In this document: positions 28,259 through 41,600 of the stretch, piece after piece
How positions within the stretch are numbered: the stretch's first letter is position 1
Layout: every line of letters starts with the position of its first letter
From: Eledone cirrhosa
Taxonomy: Eukaryota
Assembly: GCA_964016885.1 (NCBI GenBank)
Contig: OZ024740.1
Coordinates: 339,016,001 to 339,080,000 of the forward strand
Reading direction: 5' to 3'
Length of the DNA: 64,000 bases
The notes under the pieces: model-generated
Database searches by the model: none
What the model was told of the DNA's origin: nothing
What the model saw: only the letters and a program-made list of their open reading frames with translations
Program-made: the position numbers and the translations under genes

Positions 28259-31200
28259 CTACAGGCTGATATAGAGAGAGGGCCCATTCACTTGGGCCAT
28301 TCTCGCTACTTTCACCCACCTTTCATAAAACTTGCTGGGGTACAGCACCTCTCTCTCCATTCTGATCCTTCTTCTAAAGTGGTACTTGAAAAAAAAGACC
28401 AGTTGTGGCCGGAGAGAAAGTTGTCTGACCTCAGCCCTTTCAACCTTGTCCACCATACAACTTCTTTCGCCATGGCTATCACACAGAGGAAAACCGCCTC
28501 TCCTTCGTTTTTGAAAGGGGGAGGCGGTTTGATCGTGACAATGTTCTCGGTGGTCAACCGGATTGGTCCCACCCGCGACAGTAGTCGTTCCACATAGCCC
28601 CACAGGTCAGCAACGCCCGGGCAGTGTACGAATGCGTGTGCGACGGTTTCCTCGTCACGCACGCATCTCGGACAGACCTTCTTCGAGGGGTCCCTACCCG
28701 GGCGCCCGTGTCTGTAGAGCTTGTGCCAAACGGGTAGAGCTCCTCGGTAACATTGCCAAGCCAGGGACTTTTGGAAGTTGTCCATCGGTCCCGGGCCAAA
28801 CGTCCTACCGAACAGACTGGCCAGCTCATCTTCCTCCATGCCCAGAGCCTCTCCGAGAGCGTCGTCGCACTTACTGCGCACCAACCCTCTATAGAATGTT
28901 GAGGTTGAGTCTCCACTGATTGCCGGATCCGCTTGCCAGAGGGACGTGAGCGCCTGAACACATTCAATGTGCCAGTCGCCCACTTTTCTCGGTCTTTGCT
29001 TGACCCAGGATTGCAGCTCGGTGAGTGAGACGAGTCTCGGAAAGGCTCGCCTCACAAACAGGGCCCACACCGGCTGACCGGTGAGGAATACCTGGAGGTG
29101 CCGTAGCCTTAATGCGTGTCTACGCATCGTCAGCCACGGCATCCCCAGCCCTCCGTTCGAAGGGTGTTGACAGCAGATGGATCTTCTCACCAAAGGAACC
29201 CGCTTCTTCCAAAGAAATCGGAAGAGCGCGCGCTCTATTTTGGCGAGTGTTTTCTCTGGGCGAAGCACGACGGTCAAGCGGTAGTAGATGACGGACGCTA
29301 TATAAGCGTTCGCCACCTCCGCTCGACCTTTCAGGGATAGTTTGCACTCGGCCCACTTCTGGGCGAGTGCAAACGCCTTGCCCGTTAACTCGTCCCAGTT
29401 TTTCTCCACCTGGAGGTCCGGTCCGAACCAGACCCCGAGCAGCTTCACCGGTCCCTCCGTCCAGCGTCCGACGATGCCGCCGAAGGGCATCGTTTTGCCC
29501 CTCCACGTCCCGAGTTGCAAACTGACGGAATTGTCCCGGTTCAGCTTGGCTCCTGTGAACCTTTCATATTCCTCCAGTAAGGTGCGGATCTGCCTGATTT
29601 CCGAGGCGCACGACACCATTACTGTCACGTCATCGGCGTAGGCCGACACCGCTTTCCGCAATCCCGGTTCCAAGGGGATGCCCTGAAACAGCTCCAGCTT
29701 CCGCAGTAGTGGCTCGATAGCCAGCACATACAGGAGGGAGGAGAGAGGGCATCTCTGTCGGATGGATCGCGTGATTTGGAACGGCTCCGAGAGGTAGCCG
29801 TTCACCTTGACCCTCGAGCAGGTGTTGCTGCTGTGCATTGCAGCAATCCAGCCCCTTAAAACGGGTCCGAAGCCTGCCGCCGCGACGACCGCATCCAGGT
29901 ACCGTGGTCAACCCTATTGAACGCCTTAGATTGATCCAAGTTGATCAGCTCCCCACCAAAGCCAGGTTCGTTCCCTACCCTCTCTACGATGTATCGCATG
30001 AAGTGGAGGTTTTCGTGTATGGACCTGGACGGGATTACGCATGTCTGCGCTTCTCCCACCAGGTTCCCGACGACAAGCGCCAACCTCTTCGCTAACACCT
30101 TGGCCAAAATCTTTAACTCTGTGTTTAGCAGAGTTATGGGCCTGGTGTTATCTATGTCATCCCCCTTGTTCTCGTCCTTCCTCACCAGCGTGACTACGCC
30201 CTTGGTCACAGAACTGGGAATTCTCCCGTTCTGTTGCCAGTTGCAGTAGACCGCCTCGAGGAGACCGGAGAACAAGCCCGGCATCGCTACATAAAGTTCG
30301 TATGGTAGACCATCGAGACCCGGAGATTTGCGTTTGCCGCATTGGCTCAGCGTTTCCCCTATTTCAGCGGCTGAAATCGGCCTTTCGCAGGACTTCACCT
30401 CCCCGTCCGAGAGCCGCGCCAGACCGTCGAGGTATGGACCGAAATCCATGGCCCCACCCGGCCCGCCGCCCCTCCCGAACAGTCGTGCAAAGTGCCGTTG
30501 AAAGGCCGCGCTCAACCGCTCAGGTTCAAGGATCAGGCGTCCATCCTGGTCATTCAAAGACCGAATCGTGGACTTGTTTCCACTTTTTGCCTCTGTCACT
30601 CGGGCCCAGCTAACAGCTTTGGCTCCCTCGTTACCCAGAGCACGTATTTTACTCCTGACAACGCAGCCCTCGTGCTTTGCAACAAAGAACTAGTCTAGGG
30701 CCGTTCTTGACGCCAGCACGCCGACCACGTTGCCACTCCTAATCGCCTCTTCTACTCTATTTGTTAATTCCCTTTCAGTTCTATTCCTATCTGATGCTAA
30801 TTCCCGACTAAAACCTATCGATTCTATTCTAATTTCTCTCTTGAGAGAGCCCCACCACCTGCTGTTGACAATTGCCCCCGTCAAACGCTGCTTAACTAGT
30901 GTGCTAATTCGCTTACTGTAAGCTTTGTTCGTCGGTAAAGACAAGTTTAGCTTCCAGTAACCGGGTCCCTGTCTATGAGTTCTATCAAGGTTGACCACTC
31001 CGGTCACCAACTTGTGATCCGAATAGTCAACCATGAACATTCGTGGACAGCTTAATATGTCCCTATCCTTATTTCTAACTAGGAACCTATGTAGGTACGA
31101 CCTAGATGTTCCGCTACGATTAGTCCACGTCCACAGTGGCACAGTCGGAAAATCTAGTCGATATCTATCGGCCAGATCAAATCGGCCGATTAATCGTTTG

Positions 31201-31694
31201 AGGCTGTTACACCCCCCTCTATCGGGACATGCCCCTACATAGTCCCAACGTGCATCCAGGATACCATTCCAGTCCCCCACTAAAAGCAAGGAGCGAGACG
31301 TTCCCAGGAAATTCTCCAGGCGTCGGAAGAAGTCCGGTCGCGGTGTCCCAGATGGGGCATACGTTGCCACCAGCCTGAAATCTCCACCTTCACCACTACC
31401 GACGTCTAAAACCACCAGTCGACCCTCCGGGTCCAGGTGTACTTTCTGTGTGGCAAGACCCAGGTATTTTCGCAACAGAACGACAATCCCACCCTCACCC
31501 CTCGGCTGACAGAGAGATGCGTAGATCTCAAAGTCGTCGAAGATGGGGGCCAGTTGGCGCTCGCTGCTGATCCTGGACTCGCAAATAACCATTACATCCA
31601 CTCTGTGCGACCTGAGGTCATTTAAGAGTTTGCCCTGTTTCCAGGATATCCCCAGGCCGCGTGCATTCACATATCCAACTCTTATATTGGCCAT
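28259..31694 (-). pseudogene. Tx1 ORF2 (AP endonuclease, RT, C-terminal Cys/His), disrupted
   Basis: NARGL, VGDWN, YSDHKLV, PGYWKLN, KSPGLDGLP, RPITLLN, DQSKAF, IRQRCPLS, AYADD, CPRC..ETVAHAFVHC. Confidence 0.92.
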
Positions 31695-31736
31695 GTTGGT
31701 GCTGAAGAGTTAAAAAGGAAGAGGAAAGGAAATTAC

Positions 31737-33541
31737 TTACCTCTTCGTCTCCTGGGGACCAGGCTGCACAATTTCCATGGGGGTGTTGGAAGCGTTGTTT
31801 GGTGGGGTGGTGGTTTGTGGTGGGGTGAGGACATCAGTGTGTGGTGGGATTAGGGTGTTTGGTGGGGTGTGGGTGTCTGATGTGGGGTGGGGAAACATCT
31901 CAATAGGACGTGGTTAAGTGGTTTGGTGCAGTTGGTCCCCACATGCATTGGATGGTTCTTTTTCAAAGTCACGTAGGTTTCCGTTGGGACCCTAATCATC
32001 ATTATGTGCGGTTTGTTCGCTGCGTAGGTGAAAGTGATCCCTTCGGTTTCCACCGAAGGGTCATTTTCTATTGCTTTCATTAAAGTTTTATTGTTCTTGT
32101 TAATGTATGTATAGAGTTTTTGTTGTGTTGTGTTTGTTTTTATTTGTTGTACTTGTGCGTGTTTGCGAATTGTAGTATGTGTTATGTTTTTGGGAGGGGT
32201 GGGTTTTTTTGTTTGTAATGTCTGTTCTGTTTGTGCTGGTGGTTGTGTGTTTGTAGCATTTTTGTTAATGTGGTGCCTTTTTTTCCTTTTCACCTGTTGA
32301 AAGGGTTCTCCCTCGTCGTCACTGGGTGACGTTGATACGGAGTCCTCTTCCGTGTTGTTGGGGAGGAGTATATTTTGGGGTTTTGTTGTGGTTGCATTTG
32401 TATTTGTTTTAGGTGGGGAGGGGTTGGGTGGAACAGTGTTTTGTGTTGTTATTTTTCCGTGTTGTTGTGGTTGTTGTTGTTGTTGTTGTGGTGGTGGTGG
32501 TCGTGTTGTTGTGTTCGGGGTTGGCAGAAGAGCCTTTTTTTTTTACTCGTTAATTGAGGACAGGCAGCCCTCAGGTGACCCCTGCTTAAGCAGTGGTAAC
32601 ATGACGGCCGCTTTCCCTCCACTGAAATGTTTATATAAGTTAGCCCGTCCAGAGGCACGCGTTGTGGGATATTCGCTATTCGTTCTGGGCTCATTTGCAC
32701 CAGAACTTCTACGCTTGTCCCACCAAATACACCTCTGCAGGACTTTCCTATTGAAATGATCTTGTCTTCATCAAAGTCAATGATTCCACATAGTATCCAC
32801 CAAATATTTACATTTGGTGTGATACTCATTATTTTTATTCTTTGTGTCCTTTTTTCCCTGTATGTGGGGAAAAAGGTGAAGCAGGGGGGGACACAATGGG
32901 TGATTACGAGTATTTTTGTGCTGTTGACTGGTTGTTCATTAGCACCGAAATGCTACCAAACAGTTTACCTTTTTGTATGAAGGTTATGTCCTTCATTGCA
33001 TCTTTTAGAACCAGCTCAATTTCATTTTGTGATAATTGAGCTGGTTTTCTTGTTGCGTTCGATATTGTCCTGAAAACCATAGTTTTCAGGACAGCCTCTC
33101 TACGTAATTCCTGTGGAGAATTGATGCTAAAAGCACCGTTTTCGCGAAAAGTCACGAATTGTTTTGCGTCTTGTAGTAGTTGTTTAGCATTTGTTATGTC
33201 TATTGGCGTGTATAGTTCGTTTTTTTTACAGTCTGTGCGAATGTCGTTTTGGTGTTGTTGTCTTTTTTGTTGCTGCTGTTGTTGTCACTGTTGGTAATAT
33301 TGTTCACGTTTTCCTTGGTGTTGCTATTGTTGCAGTTGATGGTTGTGGTGTTATTGTCATTGTTCTTGTTGTTGGTGCTGGTATTATTTACCGGGTTTGG
33401 TTTCGTGGTTTCAATATTTTCAACGTTTTTCGATAATGCGAGGGGGGAAGGCTGCAAGCTTTGTACTCCTACCTTCCCTCCACCACTTTTCTTAGTGGGC
33501 GTGGCACTCACGACAGTGTGCGAGGTAGAAATGGCATCCAT
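31737..33541 (-). pseudogene. Tx1 ORF1 (nucleic-acid binding, CCHC knuckle), disrupted
   Basis: MDAIST..TFAQTV; CYHCLSRGHLRAAC; several stops and frameshifts. Confidence 0.8.
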
Positions 33542-34232
33542 TGCTGACTACCAAGTCTACACAGTTTTGAGATGAAAATGAAAATTTCGGCCCAGAAAGT
33601 GGCGAAAATTAGTTGACTCGACGTCTGAAGGCCCAGACAAGGGGTTAAACCAAACAATGCTATTAAATTGAGCAATGAACTCACAGTTTTTTTGACAATA
33701 ATCTGTAAAAATCCGGAGCGAAGTAATTCACGTCTATATCAAGTGGTAATTGATATAGAGAAGGGGTTGGGAGAGAGTTCCGTGTAGTAGATATAGAGAG
33801 GGGAGAGTTTGGTGTTAATTGATATATAGAGGGGGATTGGATGAGAGTTCCGTGTGTTTATTATAGAGAGGGAGTGAGTTTGGTTTTAATTGATATAGTG
33901 AGTGGGGTTAGAAGAGAGTTCCGTTTAGTAGATATAGAGAGGGGGGAGTTTGGTTTTAATTGATTATAGAGGGGGCTGAGAGAGAGTTCCTTGTATTAGA
34001 TACAGCGAGGGGTTTGGCAGACAGTAGCATGTATTAGATATAGAGAGGGGGATAATTTTGTACTGATTGATATACAGAGGGGGATTGGGAGAGATAAGTG
34101 TAGATATTTATAGAGCGTGAGACTGTATTAGTCTTAGATATAGAAAGTGGGATAAGAGAGGCGGTGTCGTGGTAGATATAGAGAGGGGTAGATTTTTGTG
34201 TGATAGACATAGAGAGGAGGTGAGTTCGGTGG

Positions 34233-34536
34233 TACTCTCGTGTCCCAAATAATAGGAGGGTTGGAAATATTGGTGGGGCGGGTGCCTGGGAAATCGGTAA
34301 TTGTATAGTGTACATTTGTAAATATAGGATTTCTTGTAATGATCTTCTTTACTCTTTCTTAATGTCATATATAATGTTGTTTTTTTTATGTAAAATAAAA
34401 TTATTATTAGATTCTTCGGCTGCTGTATCAATATGAATCACTTAAAATAACATTTCGCCGGAGATAGATTACCGAAAATAAACGTGTGGAAGATGGGGGG
34501 GGGGGGGGGGTCACAATTATTCAAGACCTGAGAGTA
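34233..34536. mobile_element. MITE with TA ends and ~21-bp imperfect TIRs (partial reverse copy ~38160-38400)
   Basis: tactctcgtgtcccaaataat / attattcaagacctgagagta. Confidence 0.6.
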
Positions 34537-34597
34537 CGTGAATTATCGACAGACATACGAATGAAAACTCAATACCGAAGTAGAGTTTAAATATTGA

Positions 34598-34729
34598 TTT
34601 ATTATGATTAAGCCTTGTTACTCTGGAGTATCACCTGCGTACTCACAGGATCATCAGACATGACTGGTGTTCCTGTGAGTGCACAGGTGAAACTTTAGAG
34701 TAACAAAGCTTACCAATAGCCATAATAAA
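34598..34729. ncRNA. Head-to-head pair of degenerate hammerheads forming a palindrome
   Basis: Minus: tgt-CTGATGA-t cctgtg agta cgcagg t-GAtA-ctccagag-TA-aca; plus: CTGgTGt-t cctgtg agtg cacagg t-GAAA-ctttagag-TA-aca. Confidence 0.7.
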
Positions 34730-34774
34730 CGAATGTGTGTATATATATATATCATTCCACTGCAAAGTGGTCGT

Positions 34775-34930
34775 GTAGGTGCCACGGAAGAAAGCACCCA
34801 CCACTCACTGTAAATGAGGTTGGTGTTAGGAAGGGCATCCAGCTGTAGAAATCAAGCCAGAATCAGTTCCCGTCCCACCCTTGCAAGCAGGGAAAAAGCG
34901 GACGTAAAATGAAATGATGAAATGATGATA
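34775..34930 (+). mobile_element. RTE-type LINE/SINE 3' tail
   Basis: ggttggtgttaggaagggcatccagctgtagaaa..(atg)n tail; homologous to the reverse of 44367-44530. Confidence 0.7.
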
Positions 34931-35023
34931 TATATAGGAGATAAATAAATTGGGTATAATACCAGTTACTTACCAAATGTGAAGAAGCTCGATATATTAA
35001 TCCCTTAGGAAATTATATATATA

Positions 35024-35242
35024 CAGTGGCGGGAAAACTGGGTGGGAGAGACATGCCCCCTGCAATAATTATATTTTCTACCAAACTACCAAAACACACA
35101 TCTATTTGGATATGCTCTACAATTTATGCATATGTTATATTTATCGCATATCGAAGTTTTCTGACCATTTTAGAGTCCAAAGAGCTAAACTAATCACTAC
35201 AACTAAATTGTCCACAATTCAGAAATGCTCCCACCGCCCCTG
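35024..35242. mobile_element. Short TIR element (hAT-like ends); partial copy ~27480-27590
   Basis: cagtggcgg / ccgcccctg; shared internal caataattatattttct..aaactaccaaaaca. Confidence 0.5.
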
Positions 35243-37763
35243 TAATATCAGGATGTAGTGTCAAACTGGGCGGCGGATTAGGTCTACCAACACTCTAAAT
35301 TAATATTAGACTCATTTTATATGTAAGGCAATTTCACATCTTTTATTAAACCCATTTTGTCGACGGATATTTCACCCAAGTTTTATAACTATGTTTGAAA
35401 CACCGTTAAACGCTTATTTACCCACACTCTGAGTGTTATTATCCCATTTAAAAGATTTTGTCTTTAATATTTTATTCATAGAGCTTTATGAAACGGACAT
35501 TGAATATTATCTATCTTAGCAGTGGCGTGAGTCTTTCTGTATGCTCCATTTGAGAGAAGCGTATTAACTTTAAATGATAGAAGATAATCGATATATTATA
35601 GCTGTGCCTTCGGCACGACTGTGCGCATGTATACACACAGTGTATGAGGGATAATAATGACCTTATGGTGAATTTATGTATGCACGAGTGTATGTGTGTG
35701 AATATGTATGATTGAATCTGTCTCGTCATGTCTGTGTGGGCATATATTTATGTATTCTTAGATTTGTGTGTATGCTTGTTATGCGTGTGTGTTTCGATAA
35801 AGAATTATATATAAAGTAAGATGTCTGTCTTTGGGCGTGTTTATGTATCTGTGCATATGTATTTGTCTGCGTAAATTGCATTGCTTTATTCTGCAGTTCA
35901 TGTTTGCAATTAGCACCATCTCTATATTAAAAGTGCGTGTGTGTGTATGAACGCGTGTGTGAAGTCTCTCTCTAAATATAAATGCATATATATCTGACTA
36001 CATGTGTGTGTTTTCCGGCTGACTGTTGCCACTGCAAAACTGTATGTATATAGAAGGCAAGCCAGCCACGACAGCTATTTGATGTTGATTGTTACGAATT
36101 ATGACACCAAACTGACGAGGGAAAGTAAATGTAATGAACGAAACGATATGTGCTTCGAGTTTATATAAGTGATATGAATAAATTTCAATACATCCTATTG
36201 ACTGTCTTACAGGATGCAGCCAGGTATAAAGCTAGCTGGACTTTAAATGGAATATTTAAGCAACAGCGATAGTGGAAATAATATTGCATAAAGCAGACGA
36301 TAGTTTGATAGTGAGCCAACTTTTTGTGAAATTATATTTCGAAGAGAAGGATGAAGGACGTCCTAAATATAGTCTTTCAAATTTCTAGTAAAGTTATATT
36401 GTTTATAGATCTAATCAACTCTGATCAAAAGTATTCCAACTATGATCATTCCATTCGTAAGACAACAGGATGTGATTTCAAGTAGGTTTGTCTACTATTT
36501 CTAGTTCGAACGAACCCAGAGGCTCACTATGATCGTTTGATCTTTCAGTTTATTTTTTAATCTACGTTTTAATATAGACGTGGACTCCGTACAGTGAAAC
36601 TCCTCCGCAAGATCGAACATCGGCGGCCCTCCTGAGGAAGGAACCCCGCTATGTGGGGTGGCTGTTGCAGCGGGGTCACTGACCATTGTCCGCGGGAATG
36701 CTTTTGTGGATTTTCCCTGCGTCGTAGCCCTTTTACCGCCCGCCCAAGGCGCAGAGCCCAATCATCATCTCCCTACAGCACTCTTCTGTGACACTATGGT
36801 CCTTGCCATTCCCTCCCTTTTCCATTTTTTTTCTTTTTCTTTTTTTTCTTTATATTTTCCTATTTTGCATGCCATTCTTCTCAATCTAAATTTTCTTTTT
36901 TTCTTTTTCTATTAAACTGTATTTATATGATATATTCCATAAACAAAACACCCAAATAATCTCAGAGAACAAAAAAAAGAATAACGATAGCAGATGGCCT
37001 TGTGGATAGGGCACTCGACAACAAGCTGAGACACCTGTGGTTCGTATCGTCACATCGGTACTGTACTGTCAACAGCCCAGTCTATTTAGTAATAGTTAGA
37101 TTCAACAGTGTGCTAAAATTCACTGTATTGTATCCATGTTCAAGATACAAGCCAGTCCACTTAGTTCTGATGTCATTAGGGCAAAACATTTATTTCTTTA
37201 AAACTTTCGAAATAAAACATATTTTAATGAAATTTTGCTGAGATGTGTTTTCCATGTTGCGAATTAAAGTTATGATATTTTAAAAAAAAAATACTTTCAT
37301 CATTATATATAGTTCCGTTTGCTACTGCTTTCATTTACTGAATATTTTCGATTTGCATTTGCAGTAGGTTAAATGTTAACTCGGAAATGTTTGCATTATG
37401 CATTCAATTTTCATGTTAATGAATAATATCAATCTACAGGAACGCAATATCATTTCTACAACTATGCATTGCGAAAATAATGATTGTGAATTTCATCAAC
37501 ATAAGCATAATCTACATCTGCAAAATTCCATTCAAAAATAAGCATTGTTGAAAATGTTATGAGTAAACAAAATTGAGGTGGGGTAGGTGCCGCTAAAATG
37601 CAGTCATGTCGTTGTAATTAGACACTACAGTATAATTTATTTCAGTATACTGTAACTAGGTGTCTTAATGTGACATATGTAACTACAATGTGTTCTTGGT
37701 CAAATCACCTAACTGCAGTGTGATATAGTTTATCATGCTGTATCCATGGTTAAGATACTTAAC

Positions 37764-37962
37764 CAGACCTGCCAACTTCTAAAAGCCTAAACAGGGATTA
37801 CCATTAAAAAATGTGCTCCCAAACGGGGAGAAATGAGGCAAAATGGGGAAATTTTACATAATGAAAGCTATACCCATTTTCACAACAGAAAATATCTCTC
37901 ATCCACCTCAAAGTCGGTCGGAGTTCTTCCCGTCAGGCGAGTGGAGTTGGCAGACAAGTCTG
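37764..37962. mobile_element. MITE, second copy, with 7-bp TSD acttaac
   Basis: acttaac-cagacctgccaac..gttggcagacaagtctg-acttaac. Confidence 0.8.
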
Positions 37963-40900
37963 ACTTAACTGTCAACAGTTCAGTCTATCAGTTATAAGAA
38001 ATCACAGTGTGCTATGATATATATTGTGTTCTTAGTCAAAGCACTTAACTGTCAACAGTCCAGTCACCAAAGCTATAAGTACCATAGTGTGATATATATC
38101 GTACATTTCACTGTACTGTTTTTATGAGCAATATACTTAACTCTCAACATCCCAGGCCATCTTGGGTCTCAAATAATGCCTCCCCACCCCCGCTTATTAA
38201 TTTTTCAGATCCCCCTTCTTATTCTACTCCCACTTATTAAATATTGCTAATCTATCTCCTGTAACATTTTATTTTAAGTTGTAGTATTTCTGCGACAATT
38301 AATTTTCTTTATTCATTAAAAAAAAACCATTATACATGATTAAAAAGAATATTACAAGATATCCCATACGTTATAAAATAAATAGGATAGTCTATGGTCT
38401 CAATATGTAAACTAAACGACTAATTCTGGTTCTCCCATAGAAAAGTGTTACCAAGCAGCTGGCGCTCCGTATGCTTGCTGACTATTTATAGAATCTTAAG
38501 AGAAACATTTCTTAGGCAACGTCCAACAGAAAATCAAATCAAGATGTATTTTAAACTTTCTGTATGTCTTTTCGTTCGTATTTCAATAAATGTATTATCT
38601 CTATGGCTTTTAATAAATTAAATCAAACTTGATCCGATTGAGAAAAGTGACAAACTTATTTGGATTCAACACAAAAAATTCTATAGGAATCGACTATATG
38701 TTATTGAACGAGAATTCCTGTCTTTGGACCACTTGTGCTTTTTCCTTTGACTCAATATAGTTTTTAATTTAAGCAAACTATAATGAATGCATCATTAGAA
38801 TGGATCTAAAAAGCACGTCTTTGTGTTATTCAAAGCAGAATAGACTGGAATACTTTCCATTTACGTACGTCTTTGCAAGTTAAACGCGATGAAACCAACT
38901 TTTTAGAAGTGCGTGTGACTGCTGATAATAAATTCACAGAAAAACGTTGTAAATTACAAGAGAAAATAATGAAAACAGACACATACATCTTCAAAAGAAA
39001 ATTAAATCGAAAATAATTAATTAGTGAATAAACGACTGCTTTAATTAGTAATTTACCTAATATTTTTTTGGCTAAATATATTAATATTGTATAACTGCTT
39101 CATTTGAAGTCTTTTACTGCCACTGAGCAACAATTTAATATAAAACATTCTTGAGGAGGGAACTTCAAAGTCATTTAAAATCGACAACTGCTCAAAGAAC
39201 TAATCGATATTTATCACCTTAAACAACTGTTTGAAGATAACATTAACATATTATATAAGGCAATATACGGTAAGATTTTTATGAGCAGTTGTTAATGTAT
39301 GTGCGGCCACTTCAAATTTTTGTGTCATGTATGTATAAATATTTTTCATGAGTTAATAGATATGCGGAACAGTTTTGGGTGGTGCTAACTATAATACACA
39401 AGTAAATGCAATCAAGCATGAATGATGGTAAAAGTATGAAGCTATAACTGTTTATATATCAAGAACATTAAGCGATATTATTCCACAATTTTTTTTTTAC
39501 TGGATTGTACGTAAAAATATGATTTTTGCTAACATATTATCAAGTTATACAGATTATACAAATGATATATGAAGAAAGAGCCGATAGTATGCATCCTACA
39601 GTTATCTACGGCCTTCACTTCAATTGTTTCCCCTACTTTTATAGAATAATGGATGAAATTCCTTCAGGGTTTCTAGAACAGCAAAAAGGGATGAAAATAT
39701 TAACCTGTTTTAGTAGAGGACATAAATATTTATATCTCGGTGTGTTGGAAGTCGGATGAAGTTTAGCTGACAGAGATGAAAATCGACAAGGAAATTGACT
39801 TTTTAACTAGCAAATGTTATTACAGTATTTTGTGAGAAATATGTTGTGACGAGACAACGTGTGCCATAGAACACTTCAAGAGTGATGTGTACTATCGCCA
39901 CATGAGCTAAGCTTTGTGCAGAGTCATTAGCTATGATCTGACGACGTTTCTATCATTATAAGAGACACATTAGAGTTAACATGACAGAATCAGCATCACA
40001 GGGGTTAAACGCAATACACGAAAAAGATTTGTTTTTTGTATAGATTTTGTTGTAGTGGATAAATAAGATTAAGTAATCTGAAATACCTCTGGACATACAG
40101 TCCTTCAAACAGACAAAAATATTAGTAGTAAGAAAGTTCATGAGAGGGATCGATCCTTTATTTGCTGTGAGGGTGTCGTAGAATCTCTAGCTTCAGATCT
40201 TTCTTTCGTCTGGGAGAGAGAAGGGACAGAAAAAGTCGTGTTGTTATAGGCAAGTATAATACAGCTAGGCAGAAAGACATATTGATAGATACATATTTTG
40301 AAGCATGTTCATTGGTTACCAGTAAAACACCACCTACACACAATTGACAGAGCTTTATAGTAAACCATGCGATTGTCTCTTGGTTAAAAGACTGAAAAGA
40401 AATGAGATCGTCGGATCAGCGTACAGTTTTCGAATGCATTATCAATGTAAATTAAGGGAAATGACTGTGAAACGAATGTGATAAACCTGTTTCCTAGGAT
40501 CTTACATCTATGATGTCCAACATTACATATTTTTCACAATTCCATTACGGCATTATGTTTGGTCAGATAGAGAAGAACAGTGCTCATGATCTTTTCCAGA
40601 TTCCCCAAGATTGGTGGGGAGGATGAAGGAAGGTATCCCCAAAACAGGGCTAGGTGGTTGTGGTGTTAAATTGGGTGACTGATTACGTCTATCACTCGAG
40701 TAGTCCACTGCGTGATTTTAATTCATAATACAAAGAATCACACTAAATACTATTAGACATCATCTCGACCGACACTCTTATCAATTCTGTATATGCACCG
40801 TTCTGCATATGAGCCACATTCATTAAGTTATGGTACATCTAAGGTGAAACATTAAGGATGATCTTTGAAAATCCTATTTAAAATTATTAGATGTTGTTTG

Positions 40901-41326
40901 ATATTTCGTAAGAAGGAAAGTGTAACTAAATTTTAATTAGTGAATACATTTATAATATATCTAAAACTACCAGCGTTGAAAAGAAATCAAAAAAGCAAAG
41001 AAAGAGTTAAGTATTTTCGATAAATTATACTTTAGGAAAAAAAGAAGAATATCAAATTATTCGTAAATAAATTAATTGGCAGAGGAATTGGATATCTAAC
41101 TAGTGTATTCTAGAGAGGTTTCCAACTTATAACCTCAAAGATACCAAATTAATTAATTGTAAAACTGTAACCTCAGATACAAAATTAATTTTGTATCTTT
41201 GAGGTTACAGGTCCACAATTTTGTATAATGGGTTTTCGTCTCTTTACACTCTGGAGATATGTTAGTAGAGGGAATACGAGTTTGTATTATTACGATTCAG
41301 TATTCGTCTCTCTCTCTCTCTCTTTG

Positions 41327-41600
41327 AAGGCACGTGACTTAGTGGTCAGACTGTTTGGCTCATGATCGTAAATTTGTGAGTTCGATTCCTGACGATTGGA
41401 TGTATCCTTGTGCAAGACACTTTATTTCATATTGCTTCATTCCCCTCAGCTAGAAAACAACAATTATAATTGTAATTCAAAAGGCTGGCTTCGTCATTAC
41501 TGTGACATTGAATATTCCTGAGAACTACAGTAAGGATACATAAGTCTGTGGAATATTCAGCCGCATGCAAGTTAATTTCATGAGTAAACTGTTCATTGTT
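41327..41600 (+). mobile_element. Old tRNA-derived SINE (another head fragment at 42324-42405)
   Basis: A-box-like tgacttagtggt, B-box gagttcgattcc, then ccttgtgcaagacacttta. Confidence 0.65.

Larger units (their letters stand above)
28015..33740 (-). mobile_element. Full-length decayed L1/Tx1-clade LINE
   Basis: 5' UTR, gag-like ORF1 with zinc knuckle, ORF2 APE-RT-CCHC, 3' UTR. Confidence 0.92.

Noticed and set aside
36590-36915. GC-rich hairpin segment followed by a T-rich tract
   Set aside because: May be a LINE 3' UTR remnant, but no family or RNA class could be assigned.
39500-40640. Faint hAT-like transposase words (DETT, VISYDL, LHIFHN)
   Set aside because: Too decayed to support without a profile search.
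41125-41212. Short palindrome ctgtaacctc..gaggttacag with a partial duplicate
   Set aside because: No ribozyme core or TSD; probably a MITE remnant.
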